In this document: positions 11,645-24,198 of the stretch, piece by piece
Numbering within the stretch: position 1 is the stretch's first letter
Layout of the letters: each line of letters begins with the position of its first letter
The notes under the pieces: model-generated
What the model was told of the DNA's origin: nothing
What the model saw: the letters and a program-made list of their open reading frames with translations, nothing else
The model's database searches: none
Program-made: the position numbers and the translations under genes
Assembly (NCBI GenBank): GCA_965645245.1
Contig: OZ287087.1
Span: 1,364,001 to 1,428,000, forward strand
Direction: 5' to 3'
Source of the DNA: Massalongia carnosa
Taxonomy: Eukaryota
Length of the DNA stretch: 64,000 bases

Positions 11645-14007
11645 GGGATAAAAATTCCCTCTCTATATTGCAGTATAATGTCAGAAATGACAGAGTAAGT
11701 ACTATGCTACCTCTCTTAGCAGACCCGAACACTCAGGACTACGATATCATTGCTATTCAAGAACCCTGGCGTAATCCCTCAGCTCTCACCACATTAAGTT
11801 CTCATCAAAGCGGCTTTCACCTACTATACCGCCCGAGCGGAGAAACAAGAGTATGTTTCTATATTAGTGACTCAATTGACCCTGATAGCTGGGAAGTAAA
11901 ATTTCCATCACCCGACATGTGCACGCTAATAATTCGCACAAAAATTGGAGAAACGTCAGAAGTAATTTATATTCACAACGTGTACAACCCTTCTCCCGCC
12001 TCTTACTCCTCCGTAGACTGTCCGTCCACTCTGACAACCGTGAAACGTCAATTAACGGCAGGCGTAAAACACGTCTTATTAGGGGATTTCAATTTAAATC
12101 ATCCTCTTTGGAACGACTCAACGAGAACAACTCAACATGCGAGTGCAGATCAGCTGTTAGACGTGATTGAAGAAGCTAACCTTTCACTGACATTACCAAA
12201 AGGCACCATCACCTGGGAGGCAAGACAATCGTTCAGCACTATCGATCTTGTATTCATGTCGGACGACCTAGTCGCGAGACTAGAACATTGCATGTCAAGA
12301 CCTGAACTTAATCAATCGTCCGATCACATACCAATCTCAACTCGAATAACGCTTAACAGTGAGCCTCAAAACAATTGTTGAACGCAGGGCCTGGAAGCGG
12401 GTAAATATGGAAAAATTGAGGGAAGTTGAAAAACGGGCTCCGCTTCCGTTCTCTCCCCGATCTCCGGACGAAATCGAAGCCTACACGATAACGATTCAAG
12501 AATTCCTTCAAGAAGTCATAAACGCTACTGTACCATGGGCAAGACCCAGTAAGTACGCCAAGCCATTTTGGAATGATGAATGCAGTGTAATCACGAAAGA
12601 AACTCGCAGGCTTAGACGCGCCTGGACGAACTCCAGAGATCTTTCAGATTGGATAACGTACACGAAGTCTAATCATTGAAAACAAAAAATCATTCAAAAA
12701 GCCAAGAGACTGTCATTCCGCAAGGAAATAGAAAAAGCTACTGAATCGCCTATGGGATTATGGCGGCTGGCTAAGTGGGCAAAAGACAAAAGTGAGAAGC
12801 CAAGAGAAATTCCAAAAATGCCTAGCCTCACCCGAGACGATCAAATAGCTTCCACGTTCGAGGAAAAAACGGAGATGCTGAAACAGAAATTCTTTCCACC
12901 TGCACCTCCTGCCGATCTTAGCGACATAGAGGGCTCCTTTTATCCTAGTCCTCCTCACTGTCCCACAATCGTAACCAGATCGGAAGTAACAGAATCGATA
13001 CGCCGACTCAAGCCCGACACGGCCCCTGGTCCGGACGGAATAACCAACAGAATTGTAAAGGCGTGCTCCGAAAAGCTGTCCGATTTACTAACTCCTTTGT
13101 TTCAAACATGCATAGATCAGGCGTATCATCCACGCGCGTTCAAGACCGCAAACACAATCACACCGAGAAAGATAGACAAAGATGATTATACGGCTCCGAA
13201 CGCCTATCGTCCTATAGCACTCCTGAACACGCTTGGCAAGGTTATGGAACCTTTCATGTCCAAGAAAATCACCCACATAGCGGAAATACACCGACTTCTA
13301 CCCGATACCCAGATGGTGCCAGAAGAGGAAGATCAACAGAAACTGCACTGAAATTGTTAATGGAACAAATCCACACAGTATGGGGACAAGGCAACGACAA
13401 AGTAGCCACTCTGTTGAGCATGGACGTAGCAGGAGCATATGATATAGTGTCACATAGACGTTTAATCCATAACCTGCGCAAACGGAAAATCCCAAAATGG
13501 ATTACTGACTGGGTAGACAGTTTTTTAAACGAACGAAGTACCACGCTAGCAATACATAGCCGAGTCACAGACATATTCGAAGTAAGAACCGGAATACCAC
13601 AAGGCTCTCCTATTTCTCCTATCCTCTATCTTTTCTATAATGCAGACCTACTAGACATACGTGAAAGACCCGGAACCAACACGAGCGCCATAGGTTTCGT
13701 AGATGACATAAACGTGTTAGCATATGGGAAAAGCACGGAAGAAAATTGCAAAACGCTGGAGGAAATTCACAAGAAATGCGAAAGATGGGCCATTCGGCAC
13801 GGATCGGTTTTTGCACCGAAAAAATACGAACTGATATAATCGTCGGCTCGCTTAGTGGGATCCGACTCGGAGGCCGTCGCCTCCTAGTCGGGGAAATCAA
13901 TTTGCATCCGGAAAGCGATTTGCATCCGGAAAGCGATTTGCATCCATTCAAACTGAAATTTTGACCATTTTTCACCTTTTACCCTCAACCACATTGATTT
14001 ATTGATT

Positions 14008-16161
14008 CTAAATTTCATACAAAGCTCGAAAGGCATCGTTATCATCAAAGCCGTCATTAAAATCATCCCTCTGACCCCCCTGACCCCCTTGACCACCCTG
14101 ACCACCCTGATTATTCTGATCTTCCTGACACCCCGCATACCCCGCATCCCCCTCATAATTCGAAGCATCTCCCGATTCGAAACCTGGATCGAAAGACACA
14201 AAATCATCTCGTAGCCATGCTTCTTCTTCTGGAATGTCCGGAATGTTCGAAATGTTCGAAATGCCTCCATTTCTAGCTTCAGTCTCATCTACAATAAATG
14301 TGACGTCTTCTTCAACATTGGCACGAGCAGATGCAGATGGATTCTTTCTGGCTTCTTTTTTCACTTCCTCAGCTATCCACACCTCATTCGTCGCTTTCCA
14401 TAATGCTTCGGGGTCAGGAATCTCCTCATACATCTCAACTGAGATGGCACCGAGATCTTTCAGCATCTCTTTTAGTCGTTTGACTCGATCCCTTTCTGCT
14501 TTTCGAGCAGTCACCCCTTTGACATGAATTTCGTCTCTTTCCGTTCTTCACAACTTCATGAAGTTATTTTTCTCCTTCTTCTTCTCACTTTCCTGATCTT
14601 TTTGTAGCTTCATGGCTATAGCTTGCTTCGCATCTTCAGCGGTTATTCCCAATCTTCCGATTTCAGGTCTCAATCTTTTACGAGATATTCGTCTGCTGTT
14701 TAGCTGATTCGTTCTTTGCTGCTGATACATTTCAAGCTCCGCTTCTCCGAGTATAGACTTCGAAATGATCTCTTTCGTACCAGCTATAAAAGAATCAAAT
14801 TCCCCTGCTCGGGCGGGATCACTCCATTGCATAGATTCTTGAATTTTTGACCCCCATTGACGCAATCCATGTTCTATGTCGACTATATCCCTAGGTTGAA
14901 TTTGACGAGGTAGAGGAAGTGAGGGCTGATCAGTCAGATCAGAATTGTTCAGACTAGAATTGTCGAGAATGAATTGTTTCAGCTGACGAATGCATGCTTC
15001 TGGATTGACCGGCCACATTCCCGAATTTTCAAATGCATGTCGGATTGTAGAAGCTTTGAATGTCTGGTTTCTAATTTTGATCAAATCCTGAAGAAACCGA
15101 GTCAGGGAATACTCGACAAATGACGATGCAACATTCTCCTCAATAGCCTGTTGATGCCATTGTTTATAGGGCTGAAATACGCCGACATCCAATGGCTGCA
15201 TGCAATGAGTCAAATGTGGAATTAGTGGGTAGGGACGAATGTGATTTTCATTGGCCAGAAGTACAAATTCAGGAGTAACGTGACTGCCATGATTATCCAT
15301 CAGGAGCAATTTCCACTCTGCATTAGGTCCTGCATCCGAATTTTGAATGAGATGCTTCAAATATTCAATTGCTATCTTATCAGATGTGAAACCACTGTCG
15401 GAAGGCACAATACGCGTGCCCACCGGCAAATCCTCCGAAAACCACGTCGCCATGATTTCCTGACCCTGTATGATGATCATGGGGGGAAGGGGATAGTCGC
15501 CAGCAGTATTGATCGTCTCAATGACCGTCGCAGATCTGCGATTCTCCGGGCTGACGGCGTAGAATTGCTTGATTTCCATAGGAACGTAGATTTCCTGACC
15601 CTTCATGCATCCAATTCGAAAACCAGCTTCATCAAAGTTTAGAATGTTTCGTCTTCTTCTGATTTTCAATTCTCTCAATACCTCTTTGTAGCCATCAAAC
15701 CATTTGATCACATCTGATTCTTCAGCGGCTTCAAAGCGAATCATTGGTAATGGTTTGGTCTTAATCTTGTGTAAACTGCTACGTTTCCACCAAGACCGAA
15801 ACCATCGTCTTGATGGAGCTTTTAATTTATGAGCCTTTCTCAGACTTACAATTGCATTAAAAGCCATGTGATGCGTAGGTGGAATTCCATGTATCAATAA
15901 GGATTTAATGAATCCATCTAAAGCCCTAGCTTCATGCTCTTTCAGTATCTGATTTTCTCCCCCCTTTTTTTTCCCTTCTTTTTTCTGTCCTTCTTTCGGA
16001 TGACGACGAACAGAAGACGTCAACGTTTTAACGTTGACATTGTAGATTTTTGACGCAGCAGCCTTGCTTTCTTTGGGATGATCAATCAGAAATTGCTTCG
16101 CTTCTTCCAATCTTTCCATGGGACTGGGAGTGGAAACCAAGATTGAGGCATTATTTTCCAT
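14008..16161 (-). pseudogene. pogo/Fot1 transposase with one in-frame stop (14548-50)
   Basis: NFDEAGF, LMDNHGSH, HCMQPLDVGVF motifs; probable ATG 16161; frame continues into ORF 14008-14514. Confidence 0.9.
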
Positions 16162-16572
16162 GGTACGAAGGGAGGTTGAAAATGTCAGGGTCCTAGCCTG
16201 ACATAAGGCTGAGATGGAAGGGGGGAGCACGCGAGCACGCGAGGCTAGCGCGACACTCGGTGCAGATATTTCTAGCGAGTCGCGCACAATGTTTCTTTTC
16301 TTCTTTTGTAGATAAATTTTAGTTTAATAGCGGTTGATTAGAATCGACGACAGCTTCCTTACACAATTTATCTACCTATTAGTATTCTTTCTTCCAGAAC
16401 TTTCAGTAGGGACGAGGTCCCGTTCCAGCAACTTTCTTCCAGATAGGGTGAAAACCCGTTCCAGTAACTTTCCAGACTGATCGTTTGTGCGAATCCAAAC
16501 CGATCCAAATTCCAGAACTTCCAGAACTTTTAGAATCAGGGAATCAAGCTATCCCATTTTCAGAATCCAGTC

Positions 16573-18219
16573 ATGAGCTCAAAAACGCCCATGACGGCGA
16601 GAAAGGCCGTAGCCCCTCCCGCAGAGGCCCAGACCGGCCCAGCATTTAACACCCGTGCTCGTTCCGTCTCCCATCATTCGTCTCGCTCGGATAGCAGCAT
16701 GCCGGGAACGTTTGAAGACTCCGAATTACTTCAGAACGAACAGATTAAAGAAACCACGGAGGGGACGTGGGAAAAAACCCCAAGAGCAGGACGTGAAAAA
16801 GAAAAGAAGTTTTTTCAGAAGATCGATGTCTCCGATCATCCATATTACGAGAAGGAAGCCGCGGAACATCCGTCCCACGTTGCAGCACACAATTTGAAGG
16901 AATTGCAGAGCATCTTGCGAGACGAGAAAGAAGGACCCCGATGGTATGACTTCCTCGCGAGAGCGCTCGAATACGACAAGACCCTATTCAACAAATACAT
17001 CTCCTTGCAGGGCGACCTGGAGAAGCTTGGCGAGGTCAAAAAGATCAACAGACGTTACAAACAAGTACATGAACGTCTCATCACGGAAAAAGACGATGCC
17101 GAACGAGAGGCCCTTCTCGCGCAAGAAGAACTATCGCATAGAGATATCGAATTAAAGGCAATGACTATAGCAAAAGAGAGATTACAGAAAGACATAGACT
17201 CCCTGGTCCGCCAGTTAGCGGAAACACGGGAAACACCACGTCATCAACGAGAAGATACCGTTACTACCCGAAGCACCAACACCAACCCCCAGAATTGGCG
17301 ACCCCGTGGTATAAACCCTAGCAAGCCACTTAAAGGTGAGGACTCGGAGGAGTATAGTCCTTGGGCATACTCCGTCCGCAATAAACTGAAGACAGACGCA
17401 CCCCTCTACGCCGATGAGAACGAAAAGGTCGGTTACGCGCTGTCTCAAATGGAAGCGCCGATCTTCGGGGCTATGCACTCTTGAATAGTGGATATGGGAG
17501 ACTCACTATCGGCCGACGCTTTATTCGAAGAGATAGAGCACTATATGGGCATTCACCTCCAGAGTCGCGACGCCAAGAAAGAACTCCTCACCGTCACCAT
17601 GAAAGGGGGCGAAAGCGTCAGCGAGTAATATCACCGAATCTTCAAGCTATGGCAGAAAGCCAAAACTCCCGTTGACGAGCGAATTGAGAAGTTCCTCGTG
17701 ACGTTAAAGCCTAGCATCTCCAACTCTCTTATGGGTTCAGTCTTTACTGATTTCCGCCCTTTACTTGACGAAGCACGAAGAATCGAAGACCGCCGCAAAG
17801 ATGTGGCGCACCACTTTCCTCGTCCCGATAAACCAGCCGCAACGAAGAATTCCAGCCAACGAAGCAACTTCTCCAGCGGACAATCCTCAACCCAGTCCTC
17901 CGGCGGAAAGTCCGCCTCATCCTCCATCAATCAAACCAGCTCCAAGAAATCTGATGATCGGCCGAATGCGAAACTGATGCCAACGATATTCAAACCGGCC
18001 GGTTGGGTAGGCACCTGGTATGATCCAGACCCAAACCCAAAGAAGCTGAAGGACGACGAGCGCGAGTCCCTCTCCCGTCAACGCCGATGCTGGGCATGCA
18101 GGGGATCAGGACATCGAGGAAACGATACCATTTGTCCTCAATACAGGGACAAGAATTTGAGCACCATGAGAACAGTAGAAACAGATTCGGGAGCGGAATC
18201 TGAGGCGGGAAAAGCCTAG
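16573..18219 (+). pseudogene. gag: Gypsy-1 gag with two in-frame stops
   Basis: One frame with TGA 17482-84 and TAA 17626-28; CWACRGSGH..C knuckle. Confidence 0.88.
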
Positions 18220-21200
18220 TCCTTGATCGAAATCGCGATCAAGGGCTTACAAACAAGGAGGTTGTTAATGGGAACGGTGACACTGAAACGAAAATGATTA
18301 GGGTCTCTACTTGTGCTGTCCGCGATACTGAAAAGAAAATCGAGGGCAAGCATTTAGTTTTTAAAACTAGCATAGCTGGAATTAAAACCCGTTTACTTAT
18401 CGATAATGGAAGTGAAGCTGAACTCATTGACGAATCCTTTGTGCGTAAACACAAATTGAACACCTTCAAATTGGATGAGAAGGTGAAACTTACTTTGGGA
18501 AATGGAGAGGTAGTACAGCTCCTCTCGAAGGCCGCCTTGATCGACGTGAAAATCGGAGATCACGAAGAGCAAGTCTTATGTTATTTGGCAAAACTAGAAG
18601 CGTATGCAGTCATTTTAGGGGATGGATGGCTGCAAACGCACAACCCAATGATCAATTGGAAAGAGAGAACGATGAAGTTCAACTCATCAAATTGTCTTGA
18701 AAAAGGATGTCTTACACGAGGGATAACTTGCACCGAATTCGCTGTGGGAAGCAAGGTTAAGAATAGGATCGAGCCTAAGGAAGACATCGAAGTTCTTCCA
18801 GTCAACGCAAAACACTTCTTTCGAATGGCCAGAAAGAAGGATCACGACGGCTATCTATGGATTCCTCGAGAAACAAAGAAGGCCTTCTGCGCAACTACCA
18901 CCGGAGCAGTGACATCAGGAGATTACGACAAGTTCATGAAGGGAAAACCGGAATACACCCGAGAGGAGTTGTTGGAGAGAGTCCCAGCAGCTTATCACAG
19001 CGTAATAGATGTTTTCATGAAGCACAAGGCGGATGAACTGCCTGAACACCGGAAGGAGGATCATCAGATAAATCTCGAAGCGGGAAAAGAAGCTCCGTAC
19101 GTAAGGAACTATAAACCCATGTCAGAACAAGAATTGGAAGCGGTTAAAAAATACATCGACGAGCATCTGGGAAAAAGCTTCATCCGTCCAAGTTCGTCAA
19201 GCGCAGCAGCCCCCGTTCTTTTAGTTAGAAAACCAGGGGGTGGTTTAAGATTTTGCGTAGATTATAGAGCCTTAAACTCCATCACGATCAAGAACAGGTA
19301 CCCAATACCGTTGATAAATGAAACGTTGGGAAAACTATCACAAGCCAAGAAGTTCACAAAACTGGATGTGATTACCGCTTTCAATCGTATGAGAATGAAG
19401 GAAGGCCACGAATGGCTAACGGCTTTCAATACCAGATATGGTCAGTTCGAATATCTGGTAATGCCATTCGGTCTCTGCAACGCTCCGGGAACCTTTCAGA
19501 GCTTCATTAACGATACAGTCAGAGAATACTTAGACGTCTTCTGCACTGCGTACTTGGACGATGTCCTAATTTATAGCGAAAAGGAAGAAGAGCATTCCGA
19601 ACAAGTGTTAAAAGTTCTAACTCGATTGAAGGAGAAAGGACTGCAAGTGGACATAGACAAATGCGAATTCTCTGTGACGGAAGTAAAGTATCTTGGATTA
19701 ATAGTTACCACCGATGGAATAAAGATGGACTCGGAGAAAATCGAGGCGATTCTGAAATGGGAGACCCCAGGCTCCGTAAAAGACGTGCAAGCATTTTTAG
19801 GCTTTGCGAATTTTTATCGACGATTTATATCGAGATTTTCGCAACGGACGAGATCGTTAACAGAATTAACAAAGGGCGAACAAATAACGACGAAATCAGG
19901 AAAGAAACGAACCAAGTATAATTCGTTCGTATGGTCTGAAGATTGTCAAAAGGCCTTCGAAGATTTAAAAATTGCGTTCACCACCGCTCCCGTCTTAGCA
20001 CATTACGATCCGGCCCTGGAAACATGGGTCGAGACTGACTCTTCAGATTTCGTCAGCGCCGGAGTACTCTCTCAAATGCACGATGGAGTACTGAAACCGG
20101 TAGCCTATTTTTCCAAGAAGATGACCCCTGCCGAGTGTAACTATATGATTTATGATAAGGAACTCCTCGCTATTGTAAAGAGCTTCGAAGTCTGGCGCCC
20201 CGAGGTTGCAAGTGCTGCTCCTGATAAACCTGTTAAAGTATACACCGATCACAAGAATTTAGAGCACTTCATGACCACGAAGCAGCTAAACAGAAGGCAA
20301 GCCAGATGGGCGGAATTTCTTTCCGAATTTAATTTCAAGATTATGTATCGACCGGGAAAGCAAGGAGAGAAACCGGATACGCTTACTCGACGCTCTCAAG
20401 ATCTCCCGAAAGGATTCGAAGATATCAGAGAGCAACATCAGTTTCAAACGCTGCTTCAAGAGCATCAACTAGATGACGATGTACGAAAAGCGTTAGCAGT
20501 CGTGTTCTGCGCAAACACAGCGGACGACGACGACGACGATAACAATCAAGATAATCAAAGCGAATTCATCGAGGAAGACACAACAGGATCGGAGGAACCC
20601 AACGCAGAACCTACATCAGTGATCGACGAGACCGAGAGCTCAGTAACGAAGACTTTGGAGGAACTAATTGAAGAAGCTTACGAAAAAGACGAAACAGTTC
20701 AAGACATAGTAGCAGCAAAGAGGAAGGAACTGAGGAAACTCCCATTGAACCTCATAAAAAGAGGAATAAAGCTAGCAATGGGGGACCTCAAACTAGAAAA
20801 CGACAAGCTGTATGTCAAAGGAAGACTATACGTACCAGATTACGAGCCATTGCAGCTACATTTACTGAAAAAGCATCACGAACCACCATTACAGGGCCAT
20901 CCGGGATACAAAAGTATGTATCAGATAATGAGAGAAAATTATTTCTGGTTTGAAATGAAGGATCACTGCAAGAGATACGCAGTTAACTGCTCCGTATGCC
21001 GAAGATCAAAAGCATACAACGACAAGAAGCAAGGCCTGCTGAATCCTCTTCCTATTCCAAATAGAAAATGGATGGACGTGTCATTGGACTTCGTCGAATT
21101 CCTTCCAGAATGCCGAAGACGAAACAGAGTCTATCAACACATATTAGTGATAGTAGATCGTTTAACGAAAAGACGATTATATGAACCACTAACCTCTCTC

Positions 21201-22241
21201 TCTACTGATGAACTGATGGATGCGATGTCCAGGAGATTATTCTCCTCTTACGGATTTCCTATATCAACAGTAAACGATCGCGGTAGTCAACTAACCGCTC
21301 ACTTATGGAAAAGAGTTTGCGAAAGATACGGGGTGAAAATCAAATTCTCATCTGCACATCATCCCGAAACAGACGGTCAAACCGAAAACGCCAACAAGGT
21401 AATGAAAAATTATCTCCGAGCATACGTCAATTACACACAAGACAACTGGGTGGATTATCTTTCAGACGCAGAGTTTGCCGCCAACAATCATGTAAATGTA
21501 TCAACGGGAATGACTCCATTCTTCGCAGACCATGGCTTCCACCCACGCTGTGGCATCGAACCACCAGGCACATACGAAGGAAAAGGAAAAGTAGAGATAC
21601 TGCATGCTGACAAAATCATAGAACGGCAAGAAGCCATGCGAACCTGGCTCCGAGATCAATTAGCCTGGGCTCAGGAAGAACAAACACGACACGCAAACAA
21701 AGGCCGTCAACCTCACCCCGAATACAAAATCGGGGACATGGTTTATGTAAACGCCAAGCACTTTGCTTCAGAAAGACCCAGCAGATCATTAAGCTTCAAG
21801 AACATAGGACCATGGAAGATAATAAGAATTATTGACAATAAAGCATACGAATTAGAGATCCCGGATCAGTTAAAGAACGTCGGGCTTACCCCCATCTTTC
21901 ATCCGTGGAAGCTACATCTCGCACCTTCCAACCCATTCCCAGGACAAGTCGTACCGCCTGGACCGCCCATAGCCATAACCGAAAACGACGAAGAGGAGGC
22001 CCACGAAGAATGGGAAGTCCTCGAAATAATAGACTGCCGCGAAACAAGAAAGTTCGGCGTGCAGTACAAAGCAACCTTCATTGGAAATTGGGATGAATGG
22101 AACGCGAACCCTTACTGGCAACCATGGACCGACTTCAAGAATTCAAAGGACAAAATCCTCCAATATCATCGAGAACATCCACAGAAACCCAAACCACCAG
22201 ATGATCTAACAAAAATAGATGATAATCAAGAATCAGGCTAG
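18207..22241 (+). CDS. pol: Gypsy-1 pol (PR-RT-RH-IN-chromodomain), entered by -1 frameshift
   Basis: LIDNGS, YLDD, ETDSS, H..GHPG..C..C, DGQTE, WEVLEIID..YKATF motifs; frame open from 18207. Confidence 0.95.
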   Translation, partial: GKSLVLDRNRDQGLTNKEVVNGNGDTETKMIRVSTCAVRDTEKKIEGKHLVFKTSIAGIKTRLLIDNGSEAELIDESFVRKHKLNTFKLDEKVKLTLGNGEVVQLLSKAALIDVKIGDHEEQVLCYLAKLEAYAVILGDGWLQTHNPMINWKERTMKFNSSNCLEKGCLTRGITCTEFAVGSKVKNRIEPKEDIEVLPVNAKHFFRMARKKDHDGYLWIPRETKKAFCATTTGAVTSGDYDKFMKGKPEYTREELLERVPAAYHSVIDVFMKHKADELPEHRKEDHQINLEAGKEAPYVRNYKPMSEQELEAVKKYIDEHLGKSFIRPSSSSAAAPVLLVRKPGGGLRFCVDYRALNSITIKNRYPIPLINETLGKLSQAKKFTKLDVITAFNRMRMKEGHEWLTAFNTRYGQFEYLVMPFGLCNAPGTFQSFINDTVREYLDVFCTAYLDDVLIYSEKEEEHSEQVLKVLTRLKEKGLQVDIDKCEFSVTEVKYLGLIVTTDGIKMDSEKIEAILKWETPGSVKDVQAFLGFANFYRRFISRFSQRTRSLTELTKGEQITTKSGKKRTKYNSFVWSEDCQKAFEDLKIAFTTAPVLAHYDPALETWVETDSSDFVSAGVLSQMHDGVLKPVAYFSKKMTPAECNYMIYDKELLAIVKSFEVWRPEVASAAPDKPVKVYTDHKNLEHFMTTKQLNRRQARWAEFLSEFNFKIMYRPGKQGEKPDTLTRRSQDLPKGFEDIREQHQFQTLLQEHQLDDDVRKALAVVFCANTADDDDDDNNQDNQSEFIEEDTTGSEEPNAEPTSVIDETESSVTKTLEELIEEAYEKDETVQDIVAAKRKELRKLPLNLIKRGIKLAMGDLKLENDKLYVKGRLYVPDYEPLQLHLLKKHHEPPLQGHPGYKSMYQIMRENYFWFEMKDHCKRYAVNCSVCRRSKAYNDKKQGLLNPLPIPNRKWMDVSLDFVEFLPECRRRNRVYQHILVIVDRLTKRRLYEPLTSLSTDELMDAMSRRLFSSYGFPISTVNDRGSQLTAHLWKRVCERYGVKIKFSSAHHPETDGQTENANKVMKNYLRAYVNYTQDNWVDYLSDAEFAANNHVNVSTGMTPFFADHGFHPRCGIEPPGTYEGKGKVEILHADKIIERQEAMRTWLRDQLAWAQEEQTRHANKGRQPHPEYKIGDMVYVNAKHFASERPSRSLSFKNIGPWKIIRIIDNKAYELEIPDQLKNVGLTPIFHPWKLHLAPSNPFPGQVVPPGPPIAITENDEEEAHEEWEVLEIIDCRETRKFGVQYKATFIGNWDEWNANPYWQPWTDFKNSKDKILQYHREHPQKPKPPDDLTKIDDNQESG

Positions 22242-24198
22242 CTGGCAGGGCGCCTGCCACTTAGCGCTTCGGAGACCTCGCCAATAGAAGGGGGGATAGT
22301 GTCAGGGTCCTAGCCTGACATAAGGCTGAGATGGAAGGGGGGAGCACGCGAGCACGCGAGGCTAGCGCGACACTCGGTGCAGATATTTCTAGCGAGTCGC
22401 GCACAATGTTTCTTTTCTTCTTTTGTAGATAAATTTTAGTTTAATAGCGGTTGATTAGAATCGACGACAGCTTCCTTACAGAAAACGTCTTTTCGAAAGT
22501 TGCAAATGCGATAATAAAGGATCGGAAATTGAGGGGGGGGGATAATTTTGATGACAACGATGACGACGACGATGCTTTCAAGCTTTTTACGATATTAAGT
22601 AATGATTGATCAATGTGGTTGAGGGTAAAAGGTGAAAAATGGTCAAAATTTCAGTTTGAATGGATGCAAATCGCTTTCCGGATGCAAATCGCTTTCCCCG
22701 ACTAGGAGGCGACGGCCTCCGAGTCGGATCCCACTAAGCGAGCCGACGATTACTTGTCAAAAAATCCGAAGAAATTTAACATGACTGCTGTTGTTAAGAT
22801 AGAAAACAGCATCATTAAACCAAAAACAGACATTAGAATCTTGGGACTCCGAATCGACACCACATTGAAATGGGGTCCACATATCAGAAAGATTCAGGAA
22901 AAACTGACAAAACAATCCAGGGTACTGACAAAAATTTCTACCTCCACATGGGGCGCCACCTTTCCAAAAGCCCGCCAGATATACACCGCCGTAGTTCGCC
23001 CGGCCATAACGTATGGTTCTACTATATGGCATATGCCAAAGGATATAAAAAAATCGAACGGCATCTCAAACAAGCCAGCTGTCATACAGAATAAATGCTT
23101 ACGAACTATAGCTGGAGCATTTAAGGCGACCCCAATAGCGGTATTGGAAGCAGAAACGTATATAGCTCCTATTGACATACATCTAGATCAACTTCAGACG
23201 CAGGCTAGACATCGCTTGTGTCAGGGAGGTCAAAAGAAATTCATCATCAATGCATGCAACTCTATTGCAAAAAAACTCAGAGGCCGGGCTGGACGCAAAC
23301 GAGCTCCTGCGAGTACCCCGGGAATGCTGAAACACACATGGGCCAAGAAAATAATATCGGACACACATAAAATCGCGTCGCCGGTAGTGCACCCACCATG
23401 GGCCGAACCCCCCCCGAATACAGCTCGAGAAATTGAAGAGGCGCGGGCGGCTCAAGGTAAAATAACCTCAAAAATAAAAAAACGATATATAGACGCATGG
23501 CAGACCTCATGGAAAACATATCAGAATCGCACATCTACGCCTACTCCAGCACAGGCAGCCCCACTAACCAAAAAACGCATCAAATTACACAAAACTCTAG
23601 CCAAAGCAGAAAGCGCTCTAACTATCCAGATACGCTCAGAAAAGATAGGCCTAGCCGACTTTCTATTTAGACGTCATGTCCCCGACGTCCTAACACCAAA
23701 CTGTCTATGTGGCTAGCCGAAACAAACCGCGAAACATGTAATCATGTTTTGCAAACTTAACAGCAACAGACAGTCAATATTACGTTCTATAGGCACAAAT
23801 AACTATCGACTAATTACCGACTTATCCAGAGCGATAAAACTGATCACCGCTTGGTTAATGAAGACCGGCTTACTGACTCAGTTTTCAATGACAGCACAGC
23901 ATTTATATCATTGACAACCACACGTCAAGTCGCTAAAAGGCGACTTTCCTTCCTTTAACCTGTCACCGGTCAACTGTTCTTCAGATAGATCCCTCGACCG
24001 AGACTCGAAAAGTATTAGGAGAGATGTCGGATTACTTGGTTTTTCTTCCTTAAAAGGATTTCCATGTATTATATTATTCCATAGATTTGCCCGCATGGGC
24101 CGGCCTTCGGCCGGTACCACATCGGAATAAGAATTATCATCATCATCATCATCATTATAGAATCCTGACGCACGCGAGTTTTTTCGTTGTTTAGATTC

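Larger units (their letters stand above)
16183..22480 (+). mobile_element. Ty3/Gypsy chromovirus Gypsy-1, full length
   Basis: 181-bp LTRs 16183-16363 and 22300-22480, identical by eye; TSD GAAAA; PPT AGAAGGGGGGATAG. Confidence 0.97.
13839..22750 (-). mobile_element. pogo/Fot1-like DNA transposon pogo-1, interrupted by Gypsy-1
   Basis: TIRs ATCGTCGGCTCGCTTAGTGGGATCC... (~140-160 bp); TA TSD 13837-38 and 22751-52. Confidence 0.93.
11641..23914 (+). pseudogene. LINE-A ORF2 endonuclease/reverse transcriptase (11641-13838 + 22753-23914)
   Basis: ILQYNV, IQEPW, GDFN, SDH (APE); APGPDG, YRPIALL, PQGSPISP, FVDD (RT). KYELI|YLSKNPK rejoins across the TA. Confidence 0.92.
9889..24155 (+). mobile_element. 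Tad1-clade-like LINE-A, degenerate, interrupted at 13838 by pogo-1
   Basis: ORF1 with zinc knuckles, APE-RT ORF2, C-terminal CCHC, 3' hairpin CCGGCC-TTC-GGCCGG and (ATC)n tail 24136-24155. 5' limit uncertain (abuts MULE TIR). Confidence 0.9.

Noticed and set aside
16162..16287. N-terminal extension of the pogo-1 transposase in the ORF track
   Set aside because: Mostly antisense Gypsy-1 LTR sequence; the probable start is ATG 16161.
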